In this document: one piece after another, positions 12,564 through 25,060 of the stretch
How positions within the stretch are numbered: position 1 is the stretch's first letter
How the letters are laid out: each line of letters opens with the position of its first letter
Source of the DNA: Raillietiella orientalis
Taxonomy: Eukaryota
Length of the DNA: 64,000 nt
Direction of reading: 5' to 3'
NCBI GenBank assembly: GCA_036172245.1
Contig: JAYWIR010000099.1
Span: 62,001 to 126,000, forward strand
The notes under the pieces: generated by a model
What the model saw: the letters and a program-made list of their open reading frames with translations, nothing else
The model's database searches: none
Told to the model about the DNA's origin: nothing
Program-made: the position numbers and the translations under genes

Positions 12564-14405
12564 CGTCACCCCTTTCCGTCCAACCTAATGAGCACTTTGT
12601 TCCTGGTTCGCGAGCTCTCCACCAAATTACTACTTACGCGGAAGTGAACGAATTGCCAGTCCCCATGTCGATTAGGGGAGCGTGGGAGCTCCCGCCGCAG
12701 GAAAAAGACGTGCCTCTGGACTCCGAGTGACAAATTTACGATGGAATTTTCAGTCATGCCGGGCGTTCCAGGTGGTGAATAATTCAGCATCCCGGAACAC
12801 ACGAGGCGAAGCAACCGCTCTTCAGCGGCGGGAAAGAGGAAACGTCCCAGCTACAGGAGCGAACTCGAAACCTGAGTGCAGGCTCTGTCCAAAACATCGA
12901 TAAGCACGGAAGAAAAATTGGGTGAGGAAGATCAAAAGCCGGCTGAACGAGGAGTGCGTAAGAGGGGAAAATTCTCTCCAGTTAAAATTCCATCTAGGCG
13001 GAAACAGACCGTTTGCAAGACGAAGATTCGGCACAAGTTGCCCATTCGTTTCAGACTCGTGCCTTCCCGAATGCTGAAGGGAGGAACGAGGAGGGGGGAA
13101 CGAAAGGTTCCATTTCACGTGATGCAAACGCTTAATCAGACCTTCCGCACACGCCCTTTCTCCTGCCTCCCTAGCGATCGATCGCTCCGGGACGTCTTTC
13201 CGTGTGCTGCTAGGGGTTACTGCATCCCGCAAGATTGCGACTCGGTAAAGCTCACACACAAGAAAAAAAAAAAAAAAAAAAGGAAACGCATCTTCTCTTC
13301 GTAAGGGGCGGCCTTCACGTTCCGAGTTTTTTAAGCCCTACGAGGGGAAAGAGCAGTCTATCTTCCCGGTTCGTGCAGGCATACAAAAAATAGGTGCAAA
13401 GATTCCCGGTGACAGTCGAATTAACTCTTGGTTGCCACAGTAAGAACACGCACGTCGAACGTGAGAAACAGGGGAGAAAGCCACCTCCTGCTCCCTCGTC
13501 ATCTATGCGAATGCCCAGACATCGGAATGCACACGCCGTGGCGCAGCCTCGCTCGCCGTTCCCTCGAGCCAAGCTGCGGACTTCTCCGTTGCGCCTCACC
13601 TTGAGGAGGTGCGCCGGTAGCGAAGGACTGCTCCCGCTGCTGCCAAGCACCCTTTGCAGCATGCGGGGATCCGGCTTCCCCCTGAGGCAACTAGTGGAAA
13701 GTGGAAGCCCAACCGCGGTTCTCCCGACGCCCGACGAGCTGCAACGCCCGAGCAAGCCGGAAGCTGCTGAGTCCTGGACTGCAATCCAGGCAATGCTCCC
13801 TAAAGATCTTTGCCCACTGCGACACCTGTTGCCACGATCGTTGCAAGTGGTGATGCACGACGTGCTGAAGGGGCCGACCCATTCCTCGACGCAGCGCTAT
13901 CCTCCCTCAGGGCAAGAGACGGCAACCGGCGAGGTGGGAGTCTTCCTGCATCAACGAAGCTCCTTGGTGGCAGGGAGAGCGCGAGCTCGATGGATGCTGC
14001 TACTTCGCGTACCGTGGGGACGGGGCTCCTTCGGTGGGGCGAACTTTGGAGTGTTCCCTCCCGAGGAACTTCTGACCCCTCCCTGATGCCTGGACACTTC
14101 TGTGTTCCCGCTCTGTTAAAACAGTCTGTGCTGCTCTTCCTTTACTGGGATTTCAGCGCGATGAGCGCAGGCACCCCGTTTCCGCAGGGGGTGCATCCCG
14201 AACTGCTGTTCCTGCTGCAGGTCGGCGCAGTCAATCACGGCGCCCCTGCTTTTGGACCGCGGTGTTCTCCAGGAAGTGTGGTGTATACTGGCGTCAGCGC
14301 TCCTGCACCAGGAGGACGCTCTTCCAGAGACCTGCTGCGACGTTTCTTCGCGACTGGAGGGCTTTCGACGGGCACGGTGATTGCGACCATCGCAGCGCAC
14401 ACCTT

Positions 14406-15501
14406 TCCACACACGTCCACACAACTGTTTCATGACTAGAAGAAACAGCTGGCACGTGGGCGAAGTTAAACCAGTCTAGTGGTAAATCCTGGAACCGCCT
14501 GCGACCCGGCATCTACACCCGCTGCAGGCTGTGGAACGTGCTCGAGTGTCCCGCCAGAAGCACGTGGGAGGAGACGACCCCACTGACCACGGCGCTGCCC
14601 TTCCTGAGGAGGGTGCTCGGCAGCAGCCGAACTCCGAAGTGGCAAGTCTCCCGCCGTATAACGTGCAACAAGCTGTTAAGCGGCTGGACCATGAGGCAAC
14701 TGGCTGACGCCGCGACCCCGAACGTCCTCCCGCGAGGAATTCAGAGATGGTGCGAGCTGCTGGGCATTCCGCTGGCCATCCCTAAAGTGGCCCCCGGTAT
14801 TTGCAGACACGTCCATCCTCCCTCTCAAGTAGCAGGAAACGGCGCTGCTGCTGTTGCACTGGGGTCGTCCCTGCAACGCGCGCCGCCACCACTGGACGTT
14901 GGGGAACGTAGGACAGAAGTGTGCAGTGTGTGGGGAGAAGGAATCCCTCCCCACCTGTTATTGGACTGCTCTACCCTCCGGCGCTTGAGGGAACGTTTTG
15001 CTACGACCCTCCGTATGCCGGTCGGCAGTATCCCCAGAGACGTTGTGAGACTCTTCGTGCGAGACGCCCTGCCACCAGCCTCAGCCCTGGCAGCGCTCTG
15101 CTGCCTCCGAGGGACTGTGGCTGAGTGGAGCGCAGCCAACAGAGGAAGCAGCGATAGAGACTCCATCGTACACGCGGGTCGCTACCTGCGAATCGCGATC
15201 GGCTGGTCCCATCTGGGAGCTATGACGAGGGACCTCGAGGGCATCCTGGAAAGGATGGTCTCTTCCTCCAGCGGGCTGTGATCCCTTCCCGGCCCACCTA
15301 AGTGTTTCTTTTTTTTCTTTTTTGTTTTCCTTTTTATTTTTATTTTTGTTTTCTCCCCCATCCCCACCGCTGCCGAGGAGAGTCAAGCTGGTCTGCGCAC
15401 CGGCTTCCCAGCAGGCCCCACGATCTATTGGCCGTAGCGGGGCCTCGTACCGCAAATGTACAGAGTTTAGAAATAAACGCCCCGGCGTGACCGGGTGGGA
15501 A
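14406..15501 (+). mobile_element. Family A (A1-type) nested insertion
   Basis: TSD cacacctt at 14398-14405 / 15502-15509. ORF 14538-15281 contains PHLLLDC...VRDALPPA...WSHL. End aataaacgccccggcgtgaccgggtgggaa. Confidence 0.9.
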
Positions 15502-15509
15502 CACACCTT

Positions 15510-15829
15510 CCGGGTCCAATGATGTCGGCGCGCGTTGCATTGGGAGGCCCCAGTGCAACAGCAGAAGGGCCAAATCCTGCCAATTGAATGGGAGGGTGCG
15601 GTTGCTCAGGGGCGAAGGGGGCCACCCGAATCCTCACGGGGTACGCTCAGCAGCTCGCCCCAACGCCCAAGTCCCTTCGGCTGGAGGCATGGGGTCGCAG
15701 CGTCGGTTAGCTGGCCAACCAGGGAGAGCCCTGCATCTGGATGACGTCTCGCAGAATACTTCCTATTTAGCCGGCAGGTTGCTGCTGCCGAGATGCTCCC
15801 TCAGGGAGGGCAGCGCCGCGGCAAGGGAA
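15510..15829 (-). mobile_element. Inverted family A1 fragment
   Basis: The reverse complement encodes GQLTDAATP...RWGELL...WQDLALLLLHWGL(fs)CNARRHHWT and is homologous to 14580-14900. Confidence 0.85.
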
Positions 15830-16204
15830 TTTTATCGCCCGGATTTGCCGGGGCATTTGTTATAAGAAATTATAATAAAAGTTGTGATATTCACAAAACC
15901 GTGGTAGAACGCGTGGTTCTGCCACGCGCGAGGGACTTGCCAAGAACCGGTAAGCAGACCGGTGAAGGAAGTGAAGTGAATTCTGCCCACGCACACTTAA
16001 TGGGATACACGATGATCTCCTGGAGCGAGCGGTTGTTGTTGGAGTCGCTGCCGTAACTCCGGGTTCGGCTCGTTGATCTTCTCCCACGTGCGCACGGTTT
16101 CCTGAAGCACTGCCGGGGGGGGGGGGGGAAGGAGATCCAGGTGTCCTCCCTGGTCAACGCAGCCATGCGCCGCAGTTGTAGCCCGCAATGGGACACGTTG
16201 CGGG
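15830..16204 (-). mobile_element. Short divergent family A-like insertion
   Basis: Minus-strand end aacaaatgccccggcaaatccgggcgataaaa and UTR motif ggtctgcttaccgg. TSD gcgccgcggcaagggaa (15813-15829) / gcgccgcgcaaggaa (16205-16219). Confidence 0.7.
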
Positions 16205-19200
16205 GCGCCGCGCAAGGAAAGGGAAGAAGGAAATGAAGGAACGGCGGACGCCGGTGAGCCTCGTTCCTAAGCTCCCTTTACTTTTCTTATTTTTCTTTCT
16301 CGTCCCCCACTCCCTTTCGCTCCCTAAACTTCCCCGGTTTTCGTATATTGATCCCGGTGTATACGGAGCCATTCCAAACACTGCTGCCCCTTCCCTTAGG
16401 ATTTCCTCAATCTTTCTTTTTTGTAGTCTCCCCTCCCTTCTACCCCGTTCCGGACTTTTCGATATCCCGAACTGCGTGTCGGTGGATCCTCCCCCCGAGC
16501 CTCTTTTGTCTTCGGTCGGGAACTGCATCCCAGACTGGCTTATTTTATGAAATACACGTCCGGGCGTGACCGGGTCGAAAGCCTCGCTCTCCGAAGAGCG
16601 GCATCTATCGGATGTTTCGCCAAAGTTTTCGCGATGCCGTCAGCCTCCTTCCGCGGCTCTTTCCCGGATGCTCCCTCAGCAGCGTTTTTCCTTTCCCGTT
16701 GCTTTTCCCATGCACAAGTATTTGCGATTATTTGCAGTAACAGTTCTACAGCATCCAAACTTCCTTCCAAACAGGCGGGTGCTTATAAAACGTGTAAAAT
16801 CACCGTGGACCACGGGCAGCGCGAAGGAGAAATGGCGGCAGTCCCTCGCGTTCCCTTACGGCGCTGTGGAGGAACCTTCGGTGCACTTCTGGGCACCGTA
16901 CGAGTAGGATTAGGAACAGACTTCCATCTGCTTCAAGTTTTCGCAAACAGCAGCGTAGGAAGATGCGTTTCTCGGCAACGATAGCGACAGATCTGGGAGG
17001 AGGGGGAGGTGCACATCGAGTTAACAGCAACGGACGAAACTCCGAAAGCCCTTTTTCTTCCCCTTAATTCAAGGGAAAAGCATATTTTTTCTTTTGCCTT
17101 TTCGTTTTGGATTATATTGCTGCGATCGACGATTCGAAATGCATTTTGCGTGGCGCTGTTACGCCGTCCACGTGCACCCCCCCCGCACGGCGACACGGAA
17201 CGCGTCCTCCGTGCTGCACGCGGTGCTCAGACGGCACCTTTTGTACAGTTCGTTCCGGCTCTGTAGAAGGGGAACCCTGAAATGGAACCTGACCAAGCTC
17301 TCGGAGACCGCAAGGTCGCCTTCCTTCGCTCAGCATCTCGGCTACGCTCGCAGCGCCTCGCCCGTCCTTCCCACTCCCAAGTAGGAAGAAGAAGAATGCC
17401 GATGCAGAGAGCGTCGGTGCAGCGCGTGGAATGGTTCTTCCGGTTGGCGCCGAACCTCTTATCTCGAGTCGCGGGTTGCTGCTGTTTTCCGGAGACCGAT
17501 TCGAGGGGAATTTCCGTGAAATTCGTAATCTGATTGGTAGGTGTTCTTGCAGCTGCCCCTTCATCGTCGCATGCCACTCTGAGAGTGATTACGCAAGAGA
17601 ACGTGGGTCTTGCAGTACATTGGGTGCACCGGGTGCTGAGGTGAAGAGTCCCCTTGAACCACCACTTTGCTGAGGGAAAAGCATCCGAGTGGACGGTCTG
17701 GAATGCTCGTGCGGCGGGTCTCGTTCCAGGGCCCTTCCCCCCCCCCCTCGCGGGTCGCACGGGCGTCGGCTGCCTCGGCGTCTTTTACAACCGCCTCTCT
17801 CCTGATGCCCAGGAAACAGGGTGTTTGGGTGTTTCCAACTGTCTCCAGCATTTCCCATCCGATGGTCAGCGTTCACGCCATGTCGAGATTCGCCACTCGG
17901 ATTCGACCTCGTCCGGGATTCCTCCGGAGCGAGTGCAGGAGGTCTGCAGGGTTCGTTTCCACACCTTCTGGTGCTTATGCTTTCCTTTTGCTGGCATCTG
18001 TGTGGCTTCGGCTGGCGAGCACTGCTGTGTTAAGGAAGGCGTTCGAGCCATGAGGCTGGTGGTTTGGAATGGGGACGCCGCCTTCAGACACCCTCTTGCG
18101 GGTTTTCCCGGGTCATCTGTCCCACACCGAGCGATGAGCACGTGGAAAGATGCACCGTGCGTGCATCGCTGCGTGCCGCTCGGCGTTCATCTTTGGGGTC
18201 TTTGGATCGATGTTTGACTTTCGTTCCACACTGAAGTCCTCCATCATGGGAGGGAACGAGGGTTGCATGTCGGGAAGCAACTGGGCTTTGCGGGATGCGA
18301 GTGCTGCGAAAACCTTCCTCAGCTCGTCGACTGCCCTCTCGCGCGATCGTTTTTGGGCCAACGCTGCTCTCACAAACTCTGCTGCAGACTGATCCGTCTG
18401 CCGTTCTCTCTTCTTGAGCGTGAGTTCCCCTCGCACTTCCGCGATCCTTTGACGGGAGAACACCTGGCGGGGGTGGATGCTCCTCGCATCCCGGAATCCT
18501 GTGGGTGGTCGATTCGTCTCCCGCACTGCCCACGGAATCGTAGGGGAAGCACCGCAGGTCTTCCTCCTGGAGGGCATCTTCACGTGCTGGAATGTCGTGA
18601 CCCGGGACGTGCATCAGTCACCATCCATGCGGATCCTCATCTGCTAAGAGCAACTCGCTAAGAGCCCAGTCCGAGGTCCTTCGATTCGACTGCTCTCCAG
18701 ACCGAGCATTGGACAGTCTTGGAGGTGGTGGCCTGCGAAATCGCACTGCGTGGTATCCTTCTTTCGGAAGGATTTTGTTGTTGTTGCTGTGCATGTGAAA
18801 ATGCGCAAAACCTGTGCGGGCATTTTACTGTAATGTAATGTAGCAGTGAAGTGCGATGGATCATTCACGATGGAGATTCGTGAGATGGACAACACCTGCG
18901 GCGATGTAGTGCAAGATTGAAGAGTTGCTTTTTCCCGTGTCTAGACAAAAAAAAAAAAAAGGATGCTAATTTCGGTTCCTTCTTTCCTGCGGTTTAATGG
19001 ATGAAATCGATATGTGATTGATGCCACATATTGATAAAACATCAGCTGATCGCAAATTCCAGCGGTTTGCGTTTTTTAGCCCCGCAATCACAGCCAGAAC
19101 GGCTGCAGCGATCTTTGAATTCGAGCCTTTCGTGACGCTTCGAAATTCACAATTGATTTGAATCGAGCTTGATATTCGATAACGGGAGAAAAACAAACAG

Positions 19201-21459
19201 AGGACAAAGATTAAGCGGAAAGCAGTAATTAATTACCGACGGATAATCATTATTAAATGAAGCAAGGTAGTGTTTTACACAGTGCTTTTCATTCAGCGGC
19301 ATTCCAGACAGAATCACGGCGGCTGCTTGCGTATCCGCGCATACTTACACACACTGGGAGGATTTGTGCATGAAGAAAATCAAGCTTGGCTGCAGTACAG
19401 TCCTGCTTTTGCGGTACACGTGCGTGTACACAGTACAGAGTCGCGCTCCAATCAAGCCACGAATTTCGCGATCCGACGGACGCGTGGTAGGCCTAGACGG
19501 CAGGGTTGCCAGCCGTCACACGCTTCGATACTCCATCACGGAGGTTCATCACGGGAGAAAAAAATCGGTTCATTTGAATTTCCAGCTTTTTGTCAAGTGC
19601 GCTTTACATTTTTCAACGTTTCCCGCTCATTATCTTCACGGAAATAATCTGGGATTGAGATGGGACTCATCTAAAAAGTCCAAACGGCATTCACTATGTT
19701 GGTTCATTTGAGGCATGATGTGACTAGAAATCAGATCGACGTACTTTCAAGTGCACTTGAGTGGCATGTTTTCAATAGCCTTGGATGCAGACTATTTTAC
19801 AGCAGCCCGCCAGCTGATCTTTCGAAATGGAAACCATGAATACCAACTTTCCAATCATTACAGGTCAAATCTGAAACCTTTTTCTTTAGAAAGAATTATT
19901 TGGATGTCTGATATGGAACCGTGCATTTCATTGATTTACTTCCGTGTTGCATGCCGCTCGGCGAAGATAAGATTGAATTATGACGATTAAGAAAATTCCA
20001 TCAATCAATCCAGCAATAAAAAAGAGCGAGGATTTGGCTGCTTAGTAGGCTTTCCAGTGTCATTACTGCTTCCCACTTCAAAATTGAAAAATTCATACTC
20101 CATCTTAATATAAGCCTTCTAGTGATGTATTTGCAGTTCCAAATAGAGGAAAATGCTTTTGAAGACAGCTTTGGGTTTCTCATGCAAGCAAGTGCACTCT
20201 ATTGATCTATGAAAGTGGACCACGTGCTTGGTCTGAAAGAGCAAAGGAACCCTTCAAACGATGGACGCACGTGAAAAAACGCTCTTCCAGACACGGTTGG
20301 ATGTTTGGAGTTTCTCAGCATCTATTCTCTTATTCAACCTTGGAGAGTTTATAAAAAGAAAGAATATCGAGGGGCTGGAAAATAAACCAGCTGGAACTTC
20401 GGCACTCAGCTAAAAAGCAGTGATAAATAAGGGGAGAAACAATAAAATAAACAAAAAAAAGAATGCTTTTCTTTTTTCTGAAAGCAAAGACGACGGAAAT
20501 TCAAGTCAGGTGAAAGGTTTCTTGTTCGTGTTTGCATGCGTATGACATACCTTTGTCCACAGTTTCTCTCTGCTCGGAAATGTACAGAAACACGGCGATG
20601 AGGAGGAGCAAAAGATACGGTGAATGTACAAGATTTCAGGAAGATCATTTTGGTTTCGGCGCCCCGCAAGTCCGTCGCCTCGCTCCGTAGTTTATCTCTG
20701 CTACCGCCGTGGCGACGCTCTAAGCGTTTGCTTTCGTAATAGTTGAGCAAAATTAAGCGGAAAACAAAGGGAAAAACATTTGGCAATACTTACTAAAGTT
20801 TTGCGCAAAGTTGCGTTCCTTTTTTTTTTTATCTTCGACGAAGGAAAACCCGAGAAAGCAACAGCGATGCTTTTTTCATTTGTGATACTTCCGGTCTAGA
20901 AGGAAATGCTTCGGAGTCCGTCGTCGAATAACGAATTCCCGTGAAGGCGGGGAGAAAGGAAGAGGCTGTCAACCGCAAATTAGGAACGGGAAAATAGAGC
21001 GTTCGCGAGACGGCTCTGCGCCAGAAGTACGATAATTCCATAATGCAGCGTAGGGTCGCTGGGAGATAAGTGCCCCCTCAGGGCCTCGGGGCTCGGAAGA
21101 AAGACGCGATCCCCCGACGCGCCGCAAGGCAGCCGCGAACTCGGGATGCGAGTCCTAAGGAGTCCTTCCTCAGCGTTCCCATCCATGTGGGAAGCTTCAG
21201 GGATCACGGAGCTGGGCTGCGACTGAGAGGGAAACCTAGAAAGAGCACTGGCATGCCCGTGAAAGAAAACGAATCCACAGATCAGTGAACAGGAGGTCGA
21301 GACCCCAGCGAAAGCAAGAACTCGGGCTGGTGCGGCGGGCTTCCACGTCACCGTGGTCTGCCAGAAGTGGGGCTGCTGCGGCGGGCGTCGACGGCACCAT
21401 AGTCTGCATGGGGCCTCGGAGTCCGGTTTTGTCTAGCGGAGAGCTCTCACCGCCCTGAA

Positions 21460-21800
21460 GTTTTCGTATGATTCGTCTTCGAAATCCCTTGGTCCACTTT
21501 GAGGTGCCACCGAAGGAGGTGCTGCGAGATGAGCGGTGCAGCGGGCTCTCGCGGCCGGGGCCTAAGCCAAGGCGATCGGAGGGCGCTCCTTCGCCAGCGT
21601 GGGGCGCCCGCCATGCCACTTGGTCGGCGCGGAAGGCCGCGCTACCCGAGTTTATCCTCTTCGCTACCGCTTTGAGCGCGCCCCAGAGGTAGCGCCGGGA
21701 ATATTCATCCGAGCTGCTCGTGGCGCGCGTTCTGGGGGATCCGCCGCCGCCCAACTGCCCGGTCGGCGACCCGCCCACGTGCGTTCGTCCCCGCAGGCGA
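21460..21800 (+). mobile_element. LINE ORF1-like fragment (degenerate zinc knuckle)
   Basis: AALPEFILF followed across frameshifts by C...NCP, resembling the LPxxI...CxxCxxxGHxxxxCP pattern of L1/Tx1 ORF1. Confidence 0.4.
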
Positions 21801-21959
21801 CTGACGGACGCAACCCCGCACGCTGGACGCCCGCCGCCGCTCAACTCGGAAAAATCCCCGAACGCTGCCCCTCACGCCTCACGACGTTGCCATCGCATCT
21901 CCGACGGCAGGGGTCCGAGTGTCGAAGCATGGACAGCAGCAGGCGGGGATGGATGAGGG

Positions 21960-22400
21960 AGGCGTTGCCCGCACCGTGCGGCTGTTGCCTGCGTGGCACC
22001 GGGAGACGCCGGTTCGAATCCTTCCCGGGTAAGGGTCGACCCCGAGAAATCGAGGCTGCGTCGTGGGGTTCGAGTTTACCCCTCAGGATGACGCTGGTTG
22101 GACTACGGGTGGAGTCCTGACGGAAGCCGGATGACCTCCGCTGACTCGCCGGGATTCCAGGGTCCTTCCAGGACTCCACCGTTCCCTTCCGAGCGAGAGA
22201 GGGACAGATGGCTCCCTCCGGGGCCTTCCTGAATCCATTGGGCGGTCCATACGGGGTCGCCCCTATTTTTAGGACTCGACACGCACCCTCAGGTGGCAAG
22301 GACGGTGCCAAGGAGCTTCGTGACCTCCTCCCAAAGGGAGTGGGCGGCTCTTCGGAACTGCTTGAGAACCAGAAGAAAAAGAACAAAGTACTCAAAGTGA
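21960..22400 (+). repeat. Dispersed repeat B copy
   Basis: ggttcgaatcc...gtcgaccccgagaaa...caggatgacgctggttgg...gacacgcaccctcaggtggc, then an A-rich stretch. Confidence 0.8.
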
Positions 22401-22699
22401 CATCACCCCGGGCTCTTGTCACTTCTACCTCGATTTTCATGTTTAAAGATGTTTGACCTCTAGTGATTGCTTTGTCTTGCAATTCGTTTTGTTGGCTGGA
22501 GGAACCCAGGACAGGGCGTGAGTCACCGGCGGCGCCACCTACTGCCACCAGTGCGAGCGGTGTCTCCGTCCATGGCTGATTCCTGGGAACGCCCTGTGCA
22601 TCCCGGGAGCGGTCCGGGATGAGCTTCGGCTCCACGGGGGAGGGGAGGGGGTCGCGGTTTCTGGGTGGTCCCCACCGAGTGCAACCCCGCTCCAGGCGG

Positions 22700-23520
22700 C
22701 GCTCCTCGTCGCAAGGCGGAAGCGATCCTAAGACGAGGGATAAGTCCTTAGGTGCCCGATGAGTGAGAGCGGATCGGGGTGGTCCATGATGGCTCGATGC
22801 GCCCCAGCGCCGAGTTCCGCTCCAGCGGGTGAGGAAGAATTTACGACCCTTGCGACCTGCTTTCGATCAGCACATCCTCGGCGAGAACAGCGGCAGGGAC
22901 TCCTCTCTCTCCTCCCCCAAACCAATCCGATCATCGGGAGCACTCGAGACTCATCCCGCCTCACGTGTGGCACGCGAGCCTCGGCGATAACCAGCGTGAA
23001 GAACGGGGGTCATCAGGACCTTCGCGGTTTGAGATCCCCTTGCTTAGATACGAGGATTAAGAGCTCAGGAGATATACGGCGCACAGGGGAGATGGAGGAG
23101 TGCTTGCTCGCGGAAGAGGCCAGCCCCAGTCGTGGATGGAAGGGGAAAACTCCCGAGGTGGCCTCATCCAGCCCAGAGAGTACGTCGCGCATCGGAAAGG
23201 TTGTGTCCTCTAACGGACAGACTCACAACTAGCAGGCAGAGGAATCCAGAGGGTGCGAGGAGATGGTCCCGCAAGGTCGCGGCGACCTGGAGACCCGGGT
23301 CAAGAGAGACACCCTGGAGCACTGCGGAATGGAGGCCGCCAGTCTCAGCTGCGTGACCACGAGGACAGGCGAAGTCCGAGGCGGTCGCGCTGCGTGGGAC
23401 CTCGCCCGTGGCGCCAGGTGCTCGTCCCGTCGGAGTTCGAGTCGGGTCGTCTCTGGGAATCGCAGGCTCCTAGGCCACCGGCTGCTTCCTGTCCGGACGT
23501 CTCTAGCACAAGGATGCCGT
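22700..23520 (-). repeat. Repeat C (probably LINE 5'/ORF1 region)
   Basis: 23280-23500 is the reverse complement homolog of 34420-34560 and 34830-34900. 23180-23230 resembles 35390-35460. Confidence 0.6.
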
Positions 23521-23569
23521 GGATCTGGATGCTGCTCTTATGGATTTCCCTCGGTGCCATGGCTCAGTA

Positions 23570-24390
23570 CTTAAAAACCTTTCCCCAAGGGGATCACGAA
23601 GGTCCTCAGAGCTGGCTGCGCCACCCGAGGGTGTGTGTCAACTCTTCAAGTTGAGGAAACACCCTAGGGATCCAGGAAGGCTCTGATCTTACGCTTGGAA
23701 GAAGAACCCTCGCCTTGGTTGTCCCCGGAGAGAACCCCGAAAGCAACCCTGGTTATCTCTGAAGGTCCCCATCGCCCTGGTTGTCTTCTCTTAGGTGCTT
23801 CTGAGAAAACTCTTACCCTGGTTGCCTCCGGAGAGAACTTCAAAGGTCACTGTTGCTCTGGTTATCTTCGGAACTGCCCTCCGGAAGGGACCCTCGATCT
23901 GGTTGTCTTCGGAGGAAACCCCAAAGGTCACCATCGCCCTGGTTATCTCCAGAGGAAACGACGGAATGAACCTCTCCTGATTTCTTTCTCTGAAGAGAAC
24001 GCGAAGGGATGCCTCCAAGTTTTTCTTAAGGGCGCTCTTCGAAGGGAACAGTGCGCTTCTGACACTCTGGAGAGGCAACTCCCGAGGGGGAATGTCCAAC
24101 CAGCTCCATGGTTTTCTAAGGAAGCTCCCTTTTCGCAGCTGGAGGATAACCCCGGAGGGTTCCTTGATTCCTGGAAGGACCCGGAAGGTCGGTCAGTCCG
24201 GTTTCCGGCTTCTCACCAGTGCTGCATACGAAGCCTTCTGGCCAACCAGCGTCCTCCTGCAAGGGAAGACTCGGGACTCACGACGCCCCATTTCTCTGGT
24301 ATCGACGCTTCCCCGGAAGGGATTCGAAGCCACAACGTTAAATGTGGAGCGTAGGGGTCGCAGCCACGCGGCTGCCGACGCGGGCAACGC
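23570..24390 (-). repeat. Dispersed repeat B copy with internal ~39-bp tandem array
   Basis: B head and tail blocks on the minus strand. Repeated ccctggtt(g/a)tc...ggagagaacc units at 23705-23955. Confidence 0.8.
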
Positions 24391-24819
24391 GGTCCCTTGT
24401 GTCTTGTTCTTGTTCTTCTTCTTTCTATGCTGTGCTGTTTCTATGCTTCTTTCTATCTTGTGAAATAGGCAGTAATGCGATTGCATAAAAGGATTTCTCA
24501 CGTCTACTGCATGACGAGGCTGCACCAATGTTTTGTTCATCCGCTGCTTGAAAACAAACCATAGCAATGGAGCAGAAGAAAGTTCTGGTTAAAATGCTGG
24601 AGAAATACCTCATTTGCAGTTGCCGCTTGGGGTTTTCCTACGGGAAAAATGGTGGCTTCCAGGGCGCACGTTCCCTTATCTATGGTGATTTATTCAGCTT
24701 ATTTTATGGATGATAAGAGGATCCCTCTTTTTGTTCCTTCGCTACAATAAAATTCATTTCTTTTTTTTCTTCCGAGTTTTTCGTTTTCAAGTTTTTAAGG
24801 CCTCAAAGACCTCCTGCTC

Positions 24820-25060
24820 GGCTAGCAGAGTGCTGTAGTGGAAGGCTGAACGCCATGCAATGTGGACGCTAGGATCTTACTCAGGATCTTATGGAACAGC
24901 GTCTGCAAAGCAATTTCCCATTGCTGGATTAATGAATTTCCTTGCCACTGGAATCGTTGGTGGTGATAATCCCTGGTCGCCCATGGAAGTTCAGGGTATG
25001 CCGACGGCAGAAAGGACCACGGGTGTAGCAGCAGTTCGTGATTTTCCTCAATGAAAGACT
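24820..25060 (-). pseudogene. Non-LTR reverse transcriptase fragment
   Basis: PGIITT...GK followed by LFHKILSKILASTL, matching the GIITLIPK...YKILSKILAxRL region of L1-type RT. Confidence 0.65.

Larger units (their letters stand above)
13559..16580 (+). mobile_element. Family A (A2-type) outer element carrying nested insertions
   Basis: TSD gcctcgctcgccg (13546-13558) / gcctcgctctccg (16581-16593). The body is homologous to 40453-41494 (GFPLRQL; DLLRRFF...VIATI). The 3'UTR at 16440-16580 is homologous to 31795-31928. Confidence 0.8.

Noticed and set aside
13810..15281. A gene with two tandem zf-RVT domains
   Set aside because: Explained by nesting of A1 inside A2 (TSD cacacctt).
17600..18650. 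Minus-strand ORFs with coiled-coil-like text (AEVRGELTLKKRERQ...)
   Set aside because: No recognisable motif, fragmented, and no second copy found. Probably TE debris, left uncalled.
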